Assembly: GCA_964016885.1 (NCBI GenBank) | Contig: OZ024742.1 | Coordinates: 88,970,001 to 89,034,000, forward strand | Origin: Eledone cirrhosa | Taxonomy: Eukaryota | Length of the DNA: 64,000 nt | Reading direction: 5' to 3' | Made by a program: the position numbers and the translations under genes | Shown: in pieces, positions 49,225 to 62,486 of the stretch | Numbering within the stretch: the stretch's first letter is position 1 | Layout of the letters: every line of letters starts with the position of its first letter | The notes under the pieces: model-generated | What the model was told of the DNA's origin: nothing | Seen by the model: only the letters and a program-made list of their open reading frames with translations | Databases searched by the model: none

Positions 49225-51060
49225 TCTATATATATAAAACTGTGGTTGTCTGTCTGTCTATCGATTTTTGGCACACATCTGCTCTTAGAATCTCTCACGG
49301 AATTGCACCGAAATTGCTATACTTGTACATTGAGCCCTAGCGAAGACATCGGAAAAAAAATATTTCAAATTGACCCGCCCTATCTGACGAAATCGAATAT
49401 AATGTATCGATTTTTGAGCGTAAGTGATCAGTTATTTCCCTTTGTTCTGTTTACATTGCGCGTCTGCGTGCAAAAATTAAAAAAATTACGCTGGCTTTCT
49501 CAGCGTTTAAAATGACATTAACACAATAATTTTTACTTGAAAACAAGTCTATTTAAAGACTACGTAAAACAAGCAAATATTTCGTAAAAAAAAGCAAAAA
49601 TTATATAAGTTTATTTAAAATATATGTATCTGTAAATTTCGTTAGGCGTGCAGTCAGTTTTATATATATAGATGATAAACAATAATATCCTCTATAAGGT
49701 CACTAAACCTGCTAGAAACAGCAGCTAACTCTCCCTCATATCACACCACTCCCTACTGTCTTAAATTTAGAAAACACATATCCTCTATGAGGTCACTAAA
49801 CCTGCTAGAAACAGCAGCTAACTCTCCCTCATATCACACCCCTCTCTACTGTCTTAAATTTAGAAAACACATATCCTCTATGAGGTTACTAAACCTGCTA
49901 GAAACAGCAGCTAACTCTCCCCCATATCACACCACTCCCTACTGTCTTAAATTTAGAAAACATATCTTCTATGAGGTCACTAAACCTGCTAGAAACAGCA
50001 GCTAACTCTCCCTCATATCACACCACTCCCTACTGTCTTAAATTTAGAAAACACATATCCTCTATGAGGTTACTAAACCTGCTAGAAACAGCAGCTAACT
50101 CTCCCCAATATCATACCCCTCCCTACTGTCTTAAATTTAGAAAACATATCTTCTGTGAGGTCACTAAACCTGCTAGAAACAGCAGCTAACTCTCCCTCAT
50201 ATCACACCACTCTCTACTGTCTTAAATTTAGAAAACACATATCCTCTATGAGGTCACTAAACCTGCTAGAAACAGCAGCTAACTCTCCCTCATATCACAC
50301 CACTCCCTACTGTCTTAAATTTAGAAAACACATATCCTCTATGAGGTTACTAAACCTGCTAGAAACAGCAGCTAACTCTCCCCCATATCATACCCCTCCC
50401 TACTGTCTTAAATTTAGAAAACATATCTTCTATGAGGTCACTAAACCTGCTAGAAACAGCAGCTAACTCTCCCTCATATCACACCCCTCCCTACTGTCTT
50501 AAATTTAGAAAACATATCCTCTATGAGGTCACTAAACCTGCTAGAAACAGCAGCTAACTCTCCCCCATATCACACCCCTCTCTACTGTCTTAAATTTAGA
50601 AAACATATCTTCTATGAGGTCACTAAACCTGCTAGAAACAGCAGCTAACTCTCCCTCATATCACACCACTCCCTACTGTCTTAAATTTAGAAAACACATA
50701 TCCTCTATGAGGTCACTAAACCTGCTAGAAACAACAGCTAACTCTCCCTCATATCACAACCCTCCCTACTGTCTTAAATTTAGAAAACACACAGACAACC
50801 ATGCAGAACAACTCCATCGCAGCTCTGTTGTTCGGCTGGCATCGTCTACGCGCGTGTTGCGCAAGTACTGTGAAACAATAAATTTCAACACTTTTTTGCA
50901 CAGAGATAATATCCATAGGCGAAACTACAATTGTCACTGCTGGCGCAGCTCATGCTTCCAGGTCTGCAATTCATTCACCCAGTGCCTGGCAGACAAAAAA
51001 GTGCTGCAACCTAACTTTGGTAACTTAATGACCCCGAGCAACGCCGGGCTTTAATGCTAG
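49225..51060 (+). mobile_element. Non-autonomous Helitron
   Basis: Starts TCTATATATATAAAA; ends with hairpin CCCGAGCAACGCCGGG then CTAG; inserted between A and T without TSD; removing it restores Tx1 sequence CCACTAA|TCCTCTATAGAA. Confidence 0.88.
49688..50790 (+). repeat. Minisatellite, 12 copies of a 91/93-bp unit
   Basis: Unit TCCTCTATGAGGTCACTAAACCTGCTAGAAACAGCAGCTAACTCTCCCTCATATCACACCACTCCCTACTGTCTTAAATTTAGAAAACACATA. Confidence 0.97.
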
Positions 51061-54000
51061 TCCTCTATAGAACTCTTGAATGGAAGTTCAACTGACAGAA
51101 TTGCCCACCTGGTAGAGAGAAGTGGGCGCCTGGCAACATTCCAGATGCCCGTCGCCCAGTTTCGGTCTCTACTTGCACGAGGATTGCAGCTCAGTCAAAG
51201 AGACGAGCTGCGGAAAGTCCCGTCTGACAAACGGCGACCACACCAGTTCACGGTTTAGCTAGAATATCTGGAGATGCCACAGTCTCAGCGCGTGTTTGCG
51301 CATCATTAAAAATGACAAACCCAGCCCCCCTCATAGAGGGTGCTGGCAGTATCACGGTGATGTGGTCCGCGTATGACAACACAGCTTTTCCGCTCTCTAT
51401 GATGTATTGCATGAGGATGAGGCTGTCGAGTAGTACCAACCTCTTCGCTAATACCTTGGCCAAAATATTAAACTCTGTGTTAAACCGCGTTATGGGCCTG
51501 AAATTATCTAAAGTATCCCTCTTGTACTCGTCTTTCCTCCTCATATCGGCATTTTGCAACGCCCAGCATCGGCCGGTGAGAGACACGGCAGACCGTCGAG
51601 GTGGGGACTGAAATCCGCCACCGTCTCCGACCCCCTGCTTCCGCGAACAGCCAAGCAAAGTGCTGGTGAAAGGCCTCACACATCTGCAAGTAATCGCTCT
51701 CCTCACGCCCTTCTCAGTCCGTCAAAGACCGAATTTTGGTTTCGTTATTACGCTGCGCCTCCAACACTCGGGCCCATCGAACATCTTTCGTTCCCTCGTT
51801 TCTTTTAGCAAAAACCTTAGCTCAGACAATGTAGCCTTCGTGTTTCGCATTGAAGAAATGGTCTAGTGCCATTCTCGCAGCTAGCACGTTGGTTGCAATG
51901 CCACTCCTAATCGCCTCATCTAATTTAGTTATTAACTCCCTTTCCGTTTTATTTTTTCCGATCGCTGCTTCTTTACTGAATACTATGGATTCTACTCTAA
52001 TCGCTGTCTTGTGAGCGCCCCACCACCTGTTCGTGACAATGGCCCCTGTGAACAGCAGCTTAACTAATTTTCTAATCCGGTCGCTGTAGACTTTACGTGC
52101 CGGGAGGCGCGTTTAGCTTACAGTAACCGGGTCTCTGTCTACGTGTTCTATCTAGGTCGCAGATCACAAACTTGTGGTCTGAATAGGCAACCGCATTCAA
52201 TTGTGGACACCTTATAATATCTTTATCGACTAATCTAATTAGAAACCTATCTAAGCACGATCTAGATGTCCCTAAACGGTTTATCCAGGTTCACACTGGC
52301 GCCTTAGGAAAATCTAGTCGATAGCTGTTACAGTTGAAATTGGCTGATCATGTTTTTGAGGCTTTTGCATTTTTGCACGCCCCATTTCTATCGGCTACTC
52401 CCACACAGTCCAACGTGCGTTCAGACACCTAAAGAAATCTGGCTGTCCTGCCTCAGTCGAGCGTAGACAGCCACCAGTCTAAAAGCATCACCTTCTATAT
52501 TGTTCACATCTAGAACCGCCACCTTACGGGTCCAGGAAGATAGTCCGTTCCTCGAAACCAACATCTTTCCTAAACATCACTGCCTCCCATTCCAGGCCGA
52601 GTAAGAGATGCGTAGATCACAAAGTCGTCAAAGAATAGGGGCTAGTTAGTGCGTGTCGGAAATCTTGGTCTCGCTGACAGCTGTCACATCCATGGTAAAT
52701 GATCTGAGTTCGTTGAGCAAACGGCCTTGCTTCCATGCCGAGCCCAGGCCACGAACATTTATAGATCCCACTCTTAACACCCCCATGTGGGTCAGAAAAA
52801 AGGAGAAAGAGAGCGTTACTTACCCCCAGAGTGCTCTTGGAGGTCGGGTGGTTCGACCTCCATGCTTGTTTGGTGAGGTTCCCTTTGGAAACCCTTTAAA
52901 AGCCTACTTGAGGCTTTTACATTGGGAAAGCTCTCCCTAATTGTTTTATAATTGTATAATGGAATCTGCACCAGCAAAAGAGTTTGTGGCACTTTGAAGG
53001 TGCAGGTGCTAAATGCCTTCACCTCTTTCTCTATTTCCTTCCTTCGTGTTATGAGGTTCAGTAATTTTTCGTTCGATTTTCTAACTAACATGAAGATAAG
53101 TGCTGTGATTGTGAGTTGTTGTCGTGTATGTTTTCTTTTAGTTGTTTGTGTTAGTGGTTGTGTTGTCGGTGGATGTGGTGTTTGTGTTGACGGTTGTGTT
53201 GTTGAGGGGGGGGGGTTGTAGTATATTTGCCTATGTTTGGTGTGAGTGTGTCTTCTTTGTTTTTGCTGTTGTTTGTGTTGGTGTGTGAGATTTCTTCTTA
53301 TTTTTTATTTTTTTTATTATTTAGGTTGTTGGTGTTCCTCCTCATCTTCGCTCAGTGATGCAGTGGTTGTTGAATTTGTGTTAGATGTAAGTGAGGGTGT
53401 GTATATTGGTACGTGTGTTTTAATGTGCATGTGTGTGTTTGAGAGGGTGAGTGGGAGAGCTTCTTTGGAGTGGCCCCTGGGTGGCCTTGGTGGTCTTTGC
53501 AGTTGTTGTTGGTTGTGATGGTTCTGTGACCGTTGCCACTGGTATTGTTGGTTTTGCTGGTGCTGTCGCTGGTGCTGCAGCTGCAGAATTTGTTTCTCGT
53601 GCTGCTGTTTTTGGCTGTTGCAGTTGTTGTTGAGGGCCCCGGCGTCGGCACCAACGGAGACTTTCGACCTCTTGCATTTTTCAATAGCTGAGGGCAGTCG
53701 GCTCGCAAGTTTGTTGTTTTGCCGCAACCGAAACAGTGCGTCTTGTTGCCCCCAGTCATTACTAGTTTGAACACTCCCGTTTTGGGGACGAATCTGCTCC
53801 GGGATTTTCCTTAATTCTTCAGGTTTGATCTAGATAAGTATCTCCAGATCAACCACTCCTCTCTGGCTGTTCTGGTTACCTCTATTGGGGCTGCATCAGT
53901 CCCCTCCACAATCACGCATCCCAAGAGCCACCACATATCTAGTCTCCTGATGGAATGCTAGGATTGCGGACACTAACAGTTCTTTTTCCCATGTGAGAGG

Positions 54001-55857
54001 GGTACATTATAACCTTGTTGGTTTTGAAAGGGGTCATCACGTGCTTCAAAGCGAGAGCTTCTGACTTAAACAGCACCGAGATGATGCCGTATTGTCTACC
54101 CCTCGCTATGTATTCTGTATCGTCTCTGATGCACCTCAGCGCAGCATCGTCGCGTTGGGAGTATTGGTGGCTTTTTTTGTCTCAGCTGAGATGCATCTAA
54201 AGACCAGAGTTCACCTCTCCACCGCTTCTATGGCCTCTGCCGGGACAGTTAAGTTGGCGCAGGCTGGCTCCTCTTTAATAAGCTTCCATGCCTGGGCCAA
54301 CTTTTTCTCCTTGTCCGTTAAGTCGATGTTAAAGCATGGCGCTTGCTGTCGTTGTTATTGTTGTTGGTGATGGTGTTGTCGTCGTTGGTGTTGACGTTGT
54401 TGTTGGTGTTGTCGTTGTTGCAGTTGGTGTTATTCTTAGTGTTGTTGTTTCTTCCCTTGTTTCCTTGTTACTGCTGGTACTGTCGATAATCATATTCTTA
54501 TTGGTGGAGTTGTAAATTTCGTGGTTGTATCTTTTATCTGTGTTTTGGTCGTCGCTGTTACAGTTGTTAGTTTTCTCACTGTTGTTGTTGTTGCTGTCAT
54601 TGTTCATGTTGCTTGTGGTGGTGTTGTTACATTTGGTGTTGCATGTTGTGTTTGTATTAAATATTTGTTTACTTGTGTTAGCAGTGGTGCACGTTGTGTC
54701 TGCCGTATCCCTCCGCTCAACGTTCAAGCTGCTACCACATGACAACAGACATATAATTGTGTGTGCGGGGGCGTGACTCAGCCATGTTTTTTTTTCTCGA
54801 TAATTTTTATATATATATATATACACAAAGTTCAGATATTTGGAACAAAAGGCCCAAATATTATAGCGTCTGCCCTTTACAGGGAAAATACAGAAGTTTT
54901 ACGACCCTTTTGTAAAACATATAGCAACTAATAATATCGAAAAAATCTTGAAATTCACTACCTTGTGGATCTCACAAAAAAACACGTTTACTCTGTCTAA
55001 CAGCCAATAATAATAAAAACAATACTAAAAATAATAAATAATAATAACAATTTTTAATTTAGGCACAAAACCAACAATTTGGTGGAGTGGAAATTACTAG
55101 ATTGGTTCTAATTTTATCAGACAAAAAATGTAGCAAAGCAATGCCGGATCCGAATTTGAATTTAAATTGCAAATGGATGAATTTATACTTGAATTATACT
55201 GTCTACAGTATTTCACCAGATTTCATTCTTTTTCGGTGGATTCATCGGCAGATTCCTACGACAGTAAAAAGCTTTCGAAAAATCGCCGAAATTTCGTACT
55301 GTTACCATTGATCTGTAATGTATTAAAATGTGTTAAAAATGTTAAATATTCAAATAGATAAATTATCCGGATACACACTCATGCGCTTAAATAAACCAAA
55401 CACACACACACGCACGCACGTAATCAAGCACCTAACAATATTATGTTATCACATGCGGAAACTTTAAAACTATACAACGTTGATTATTTCCGATGATGAA
55501 ATTAAAATAAATATGGATATCAGCAATATATAGATACTCAGATTGAGGTAATAAGTTATGCTACTCTTAATATATTTCCTCTATTAAGCATTAAATATAA
55601 TTATAAATAATTAGGTGATCAAGAAAACACTGTGTATAACGACTATATGAGCTACATCTGCTTGTCTCTTAAAACATTACAAAAAATGTTCAATGCCCGG
55701 TGAAAATATAATAATATTATCAATGGTATATCAAAATCTACTTCAAAGATGACGTTAAAATATGACAGCGGTTATTGCTGCAACTCACATTAAATTGAAG
55801 ACGTCTGTAAAACGAAAAGGCAAGGGTGGATTACCGAATAGTTTAACTTCAACTAAT

Positions 55858-55931
55858 CCAGAAAGAAAACTGTGTGCCCGCCATTTGCAATGTCCGCATT
55901 GCAAATGGCGGGCACACAGTTTTCTTTCTGG
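55858..55931. repeat. Perfect 35-bp-arm palindrome with 4-nt loop
   Basis: CCAGAAAGAAAACTGTGTGCCCGCCATTTGCAATG-TCCG-CATTGCAAATGGCGGGCACACAGTTTTCTTTCTGG. Confidence 0.95.
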
Positions 55932-56032
55932 TTCAAATTGACGAAAAGATGATGAAAGCATGTTAAAACACTAGAGTTAAATGCAACGTATGTTCAGAAG
56001 GGCAAATGCCACTGTATTAAACGGTGTAAACT

Positions 56033-56093
<61 letters not shown>

Positions 56094-56899
56094 ATTTGAA
56101 TATAAATACGTATCGGTTACACATAGAGGTAAATATGTGTAGTTATTTCTTCAATAACAATTGTTGCTACTTTACCTATATTGATAACTATTTTTGTTGA
56201 AATATTTATAGTATTTAGTGGCTAAACAAAACGAAGATATAAAGAACGAAGTAATAGATGCAATATTTGTATTTTAAACATCAAAGACGTACTGCTTAAC
56301 GTAAACAATGTCGACAAGAAATGTGAAAAAGGGAAATGTGAAAAAGGAACTGCAAAGACGCCATCTTCAATGCCGACTACAATCTACCATATTTCTTTGC
56401 CAACTTTATTGGCTGCCAACTAAATCACTGCCACTACCGCTGTCTCACTCATCACTACTAACGCCACCACCAGAACAATAGCAAAATGTGAATGTAACAA
56501 AAGCTACATCAAAAATGGTATCAAGAACAATAGCAGAAAAGACAAAAGCCCCAACGCACCATCAAAACATGTAACAGTAACAACAACATCAATAAAGACA
56601 AATATCAGGTTAGTTTTACTAGTAGTAGCAGCTTAACTATACGCAAATTAAAGGCCCTGCCGCCATCACCACTAACATCTCTGTAATAAACAAGAGAAGC
56701 ATTAATGATATCGCTGCCGGAATCACATCACAGCGTTTAGAAGCAAAATGATCACCACTACTGTCGTCGTCACAGTGTCTACACCAAGCAGCAACGGGAT
56801 CTATAAAATAAAGCATCAGTAATGCACTGGGGTAATTGCTGGCCTTGTGCCAAAAGTAGAGACAATTATTAATGCCACTAACAAGAAGGAGCTCTAGCC

Positions 56900-57600
56900 T
56901 TAGATCATTTTCCACTGCAGAACGGTCGACTGATTTAATCGATATAACAGAGGAAGACTTTACCAAAAAGTGTCAGGACAATGTCTGAGGCTGCTCTGGA
57001 GGCATTTCGCAAAAAAAGAACCGAAAAGGTAATGTGATATACAAGAGCATAAGATCACCAATAACATATCGCTAGGCGTTATAACTATAATGGCCATAAA
57101 GAAAAACAACAGTATATTGGAAAATATAAACTAACAAACACAGAAACTTTCTATAAGACAATCTTACAATGTACCACGACACGTTCCCATTCTAAAAGCA
57201 TCTTAAGATACTTAATGCGACCTCAAATGAAGATGCCCCAAAGACTTGGGATCCTTCAAATGGAGGTAAATAAAATGCTCTACAAAAGGTTACTCCGACA
57301 ATGTTGTCATGTAACCAGAAAGCGGATGTGCTCGGCTTCCAATTGCACTAAGATAAATGAACCATCTCATTTTTATATTTCCAATCATGGCCTTCTTAAG
57401 TTTAAGTGTTTGAGATCGCTTTCAAAGATAAAGGTCTTTGCTTAACGACCTCAAGTCTTTGTATATTGATATGGCAGCCATCAGCGAAACCAATATTTCC
57501 GGTACACACACACATATACCTATCTCCAACGACTACGAAATTTATGCATTGTTGACCTAGATTGGAAACAGAAGTGACCGTATTATTTCGAAAATTAGTG
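56900..57600 (+). mobile_element. Old Tx1 fragment (ORF1 end / endonuclease start)
   Basis: 57400-57600 reads SLLNDLKSLYIDMAAISETNISG..NDYEIYA..VTVLFRK, matching the endonuclease N-terminus of the 39670 copy. Confidence 0.6.
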
Positions 57601-58110
57601 GTTATCGGAATATACATTATTCTCATTTAACTAAGCGGTATATCAGGATTCATATTTGATAAATTCTGAATTCATTTCCTGTTATTCAAAGAGATTTTAT
57701 TTCAGCATTCGCACGATTAATATTTTCGTTGAAAGCCTGACTGAGACGAAACTTGAAATATTTCATAGAGTTCTTTGAAAGAAATTTGGAACAAATATTC
57801 TTTGTGAGTTCTGGGATGTGAAAGATAGTGTTGTTGACTGAAATAAAGAAACAATGAGTTCGTTCGACGGGCTAGATTATAAAGAGTACATAGATTGCTA
57901 TTTGTGAGTCTATCACCATTAAGAGAAAAGGAACTTAGCATTGTAAACAAATCAAATATATATTGTAAAATAAAATAACAAATACAACTAATGCTTCCAC
58001 TTTAATATCTACATTTCCATTGTACACATTCTACAGTTACATGTTTAAATGAAACATTAAGATTTTAAATATGGGAGAGTGATAATTTGTGTGATAAACA
58101 AACACTATCG

Positions 58111-58170
58111 AATTGGCCGCGTGCATCTTCGAACAAATTATAATTTGTTCTAGGATGCACGTGGCCAATT
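58111..58170. repeat. 60-bp imperfect palindrome
   Basis: AATTGGCCGCGTGCATCTTCGAACAAATTA / TAATTTGTTCTAGGATGCACGTGGCCAATT. Confidence 0.85.
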
Positions 58171-59893
58171 TTTATAATTAATAATTATTAATGATTAGGA
58201 CAGAAATATATCTGAATCATAGTTTTGTAACCTACCTTGCCTCTGATGGTGCGTGGGGATCAGATATCAAATTTTGTTTTATTTTGTCCAGCTTTTTATT
58301 AGAACACCACATCTAATAATATAACAATTTAAACAACAATTCAACAGAAATTATGCAATTAAGTAGGAAAAGCGCAGACGAAACAGGCTTCATTTGAAGG
58401 TGGACTTGTAAAAGAGATAGATAAAGTCGTAGGAATTCTAATAGAAAATAATATAAAGTATGAAATAAAAATTGATGGAACTTTTGCGTTTGCAATATAT
58501 TCCATGAATGATGAAAACATGAATATCCCAAAAAACTAGATATTTATTTTCATCATTTTTACCAAATATCACCACGCATGTTGCTATGGTAAATAGGCAG
58601 TTTTTAAATGAAAACTGTGTCGAATAAAAGGGAAAAACGTTTCCCATCGCAACGATTTTGTATGTTCCTTTTTCTTTTTCTCCTTTTCATTTTCATTTTT
58701 TCCCTTCCTTTCCTGTTCCTTTTAATAGTATGTTTGGTTTTTCTTAGATACTGCTCAATATGTAATTTTACTTTACATTGATTTTCTCATAAACTTGGTG
58801 TTTTAGAGTGAAACGTCATACAATTAATTTGTAAAGAATGCATTTCAGAATTGCCAAAATTTATTATTCTTAAAACAGAAATGCGTGTTGAATAAGATAT
58901 ATGTCGAGAAAAGAATCGCAGTATAACCTAATATAGAATACGATTTTAGCAGCATTATTCTTTGGTTTTACTACATTCACAAATACCTATAATTAAAATT
59001 GTTCCTGGAGAAATGATTTTTTGTTGCATTCATTTGACGTTGAATACTAACCTGACTATGCGCGATGAAGAATAACTGGTCACTTGACATACTGATATCT
59101 GGAAGAGTGGGTTCAACATGATTTTGATTCCACAGCTTATAGCCCTATGAATGGGAAAGAGAAGAAGAAATTAAAGAAATATTTCCAGAAATTCGCTCAC
59201 ACTACACCTGATGTTCTTCTTCCATACACACACACTTAATTTTCTATCGGCTTCTCGTTTAGGATATGTTCAATAACTGTTATTGCAATGTAGCGGTTGA
59301 AACGTTCCTCTAAGTAGATGAATTCTTCCATAGGACTGGTACTCTATTGAAGGTCCTGAGATAATTATTTCTTTAATTTATATACCTCGCAGTATACTCT
59401 CTTGTATCTACATGTCGAATAAAGGAACCGATTTGCAGCAAACGATTACGCCAGTTTAACTATCTGCATATGCTTATAAATAGTAACACCTATAACCAAT
59501 CGAGAGCCACTATATGTGGTAATTTAACCGCAAATTTATATCATCAACATATATACAAAGTACCTAGAAAAAAATTAAGATCAGTTTATTTGAATGTTGA
59601 AAAGTCATACTACATTCTTATAATATTCAGACGAGCAAATCGCTTTAGGAGTGTATATATTATCTGTTTAATCCCACATTCACAATCTCAAACATGACCA
59701 CCGCAGGTTAAACGTAAATTTTAAATATTTTTATTTATTACTAGACCACCCGTAATCATTGCGTCACGTTCACTTCAAAATATTTTTTGAAAATCATGTT
59801 CAATTAAAATAATTAAAATATACACAGACATGTATATAATGTGAAATAAAACTGGAAGGCCCATATGTGTATGTGTGTATGTGTATATATAAA

Positions 59894-59935
<42 letters not shown>

Positions 59936-59968
59936 CGGGTGTCTGTGATCTATATACACTGGTCATAG

Positions 59969-60001
<33 letters not shown>

Positions 60002-60167
60002 CACACACTCACATACATATATACACACAACAACAACACCAGCTCTCTCTCTGTCTCTCTCTCTCTCTTTCTCTTCCATTTTCCTTCTCTGTCTCCTCTC
60101 CCTCCCTCTATGTCTCTATTTCAATCTACTCTCTCACAACCACTATCTCTTTCTCTATAGCTTTCTT

Positions 60168-60222
<55 letters not shown>

Positions 60223-60390
60223 ATAAAGGTACCCGGAAAAACCCCATATCTCAGGAACCGGTGCACCGATTTACGCGATTTGTTTTATTCCATTTGTATC
60301 CCCATTTCAGGGTCGATTTTCTTTCAAGGTATTTTCCATTATGCGCCTTTTTGGCTGTATTACATTACAGACAGGCAAGCAAGACGCAAT

Positions 60391-60572
60391 CGATTGGCAG
60401 TATCGGTAGATGGTCGGACGCCATGCTTTGCAGCAAAGAGTTACAGTCCTTTATGGTCTGAGTTCAAATCCCGCCGAGGTTATCTTTGCCTTTCATCCTT
60501 ACGGGGTCTATAAGATAAAGCACCAGTAATACAGTGAGATAATTGCTGGTCTTGTGCCAAAAGTAGAAACAA
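60391..60572 (+). mobile_element. tRNA-derived SINE
   Basis: Family match. Confidence 0.9.
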
Positions 60573-60683
60573 ATAATATATAGATAATGACTATGTATTA
60601 TTTTTGTCATTAATATACAATTTTAAATATATTTTGGAATGCTGTGTACAACATTCGAAATGAGCGGATGATATTGCCATATA

Positions 60684-61345
60684 TACAAGGTATCCCAAAA
60701 ATTGACATCATTTCATAGTTTAATAACATAGCCAGTTCTCGCTTAAATGATCTCCAAGTTTAACAGGGTGCCGTAAAACTAACCAAGTTTAATGACATAT
60801 GTTTTTTTGTTTATTTTCCATGTTGAAGAATGTCGATCACCAAAAGTGAAAAGGTATTTTGTGTGTTAGAATATGCTCGAACAGAATCAAACAAGAATGT
60901 GCAGCGTGCATTTTCGAGACAATTCAATAAAAGAAAAATACTCTGGAAAGCAGATATGGACGTGGCACAGACAATTCAAAGAGGAAGGCTGTCTGTTCAG
61001 AGCAAAGGGAAGAAAATCGAAAGATAAAATCTTTCAGATTCGATAAACATTTGTACGAAGCCCCCCAAAAGGTCTGCAAGAAGAGCATCTATGGAAACCA
61101 AGACAATTCGTACGACACTTTGGCATATCGTAAGGAATCGCTTCCGAATGGCGCTATCAAAGCTGAAACTCCTTCAAACCTTAAAGACAAGGAAAAATGC
61201 AAGCAAATCTGTTTAACTATGCAAGAATAGTCAGAAAAGCGTTTTGTTTTCACAGAGGAGGTCACATTTCATACGAATAGCAAAGTAAACAAGCATATAG
61301 CCTCAGTTGAGGCCGTGAGGGACTCGCTAAAGTGAATGTGATCTT
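60684..61345 (+). mobile_element. Tc1/mariner-superfamily DNA transposon, 5' remnant
   Basis: TA|CAAGGTATCCCAAAA TIR-like start; EKVFCVLEYARTESNKNVQRAFSRQF (N-terminal HTH); RSPPKRSARRAS; degenerate VFTEEVTFH..KVN. Confidence 0.75.
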
Positions 61346-61494
61346 CCGAATCTTCAAGAATCTTCTTTATATTAAATCGGTTCTAAAATCTGTCCCTCTG
61401 AATTTCTTGTTCGAATTTTGATAAATACTGTATTGTTCAACATGAAGCCTATTTAAATTCGTGTTTCTCCAGGTTATGTAGTTACTCAGATATT

Positions 61495-61532
<38 letters not shown>

Positions 61533-61574
61533 CACACACATATATCTATATCTATATATATATATATATATATA

Positions 61575-61768
61575 TAGGGAGTCAAGAGCCCGACGGCTGA
61601 TCTCCGGCCATTTTGACAGATAGATCCGAACTCGGATCAAGCTGTCGAAACGGCTGGAGCTCAGTCGTCGGGGTCCTGATTCTTTTCCTATTACCCACTC
61701 TACTACCCTAAGTATCGAGTATTCTGGTGCGTTATGGTCCACCTGGTTTCTTACCACACCTTCTTTGT
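61575..61768 (+). mobile_element. Second hairpin-headed element in (TA)n
   Basis: Homologous to 44634-44808; hairpin 61575-61690. Confidence 0.75.
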
Positions 61769-61794
61769 TAAATATATATATATATATATATTTA

Positions 61795-62486
61795 AAAAAA
61801 TAGAGGTGTAACACACGAGTTATGATATATAAGTAAAATGAAAAGAAAATGCTGACAAATTTTTCCCAGTGAAAAATAGTTTAATTAGGAATAAGTATAA
61901 ATTAGTAATAAGTATTGGTTAGTATTCAGTTTTAGTTTTAAGTTTTTACCGGTTGCGCATTTCTAATGCTTTTCAAAAATAATTTTGAGATTGAGCGCTC
62001 GTGATGTTTGCTCTAATCTGATCAGTTTTGGAAATTCTACCTCTTTTATGTGAAAAAAGTGGCTCCAGAGGTATTAAAGTAAGTTTATATATATACATAT
62101 ATTAAAATGAAGTTCTGATAATGAATCCTTATTAACCGATATATATAATTTCTTCCTGTTTTATGTGAAAAAAGTGGCTCAAGAGGTATTAAGATTTGGT
62201 TGGTTGTTGAATGTCAGGTGAATGAGTACTATAAATTTCGCGCCAATTCGTGTTGCAGAAATTCTTGTAGTCCAAACAATTTTGATTGGCCGGTAGAGAT
62301 CACGTGAATGTTAAAAATTGATTTTGCTCTAAATGTAGGTTTGTCGAAGAGTGTCCTTTTTCGCCTGATTGAGAAGTCACTGAAAAATAAGTCTTTTAAG
62401 ACAAATATGTGTGTGTGTGTGTGTGTGTGTGTAGTAAAGAGGTTCATTGTTGTGATAATGGTCAGTAGGGATGTGTGTGTGAATTG
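61795..62486 (-). mobile_element. Putative inverted Penelope pLTR upstream of the PLE ORF
   Basis: Abuts the 5'-truncated PLE ORF; minus strand has GGCCAATCA and a TTTATA motif; contains the repeat also seen at 10757 and 25452-26020. Confidence 0.6.

Larger units (their letters stand above)
48403..54790 (-). mobile_element. Near full-span, internally deleted Tx1 LINE interrupted by a Helitron
   Basis: ORF1 knuckle HCFGCGKTTNLRADC; endonuclease start (NVRGLG..LLNEL); MCEAFHQHFA, NFRPIT, YADH; C-terminus and 3' UTR ending GGCCTTGTAACCAATAAATGAAAT. Confidence 0.85.

Noticed and set aside
49688-50790. CRISPR-like array or repeat protein (MRSLNLLETAANSP...)
   Set aside because: No unique spacers; eukaryotic context; the 91-bp units break the reading frame, so it is a plain minisatellite
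59738-59775. Possible Helitron 3' end on the minus strand (hairpin + CTAG)
   Set aside because: Weak hairpin and no matching 5' end identified
62110-62155. Hammerhead-like GAAGTT-CTGATAA...GATA-TATAT-AATTTC (also at 25990)
   Set aside because: Two core positions are wrong (G8 and A14) in both copies and stem II is unconvincing
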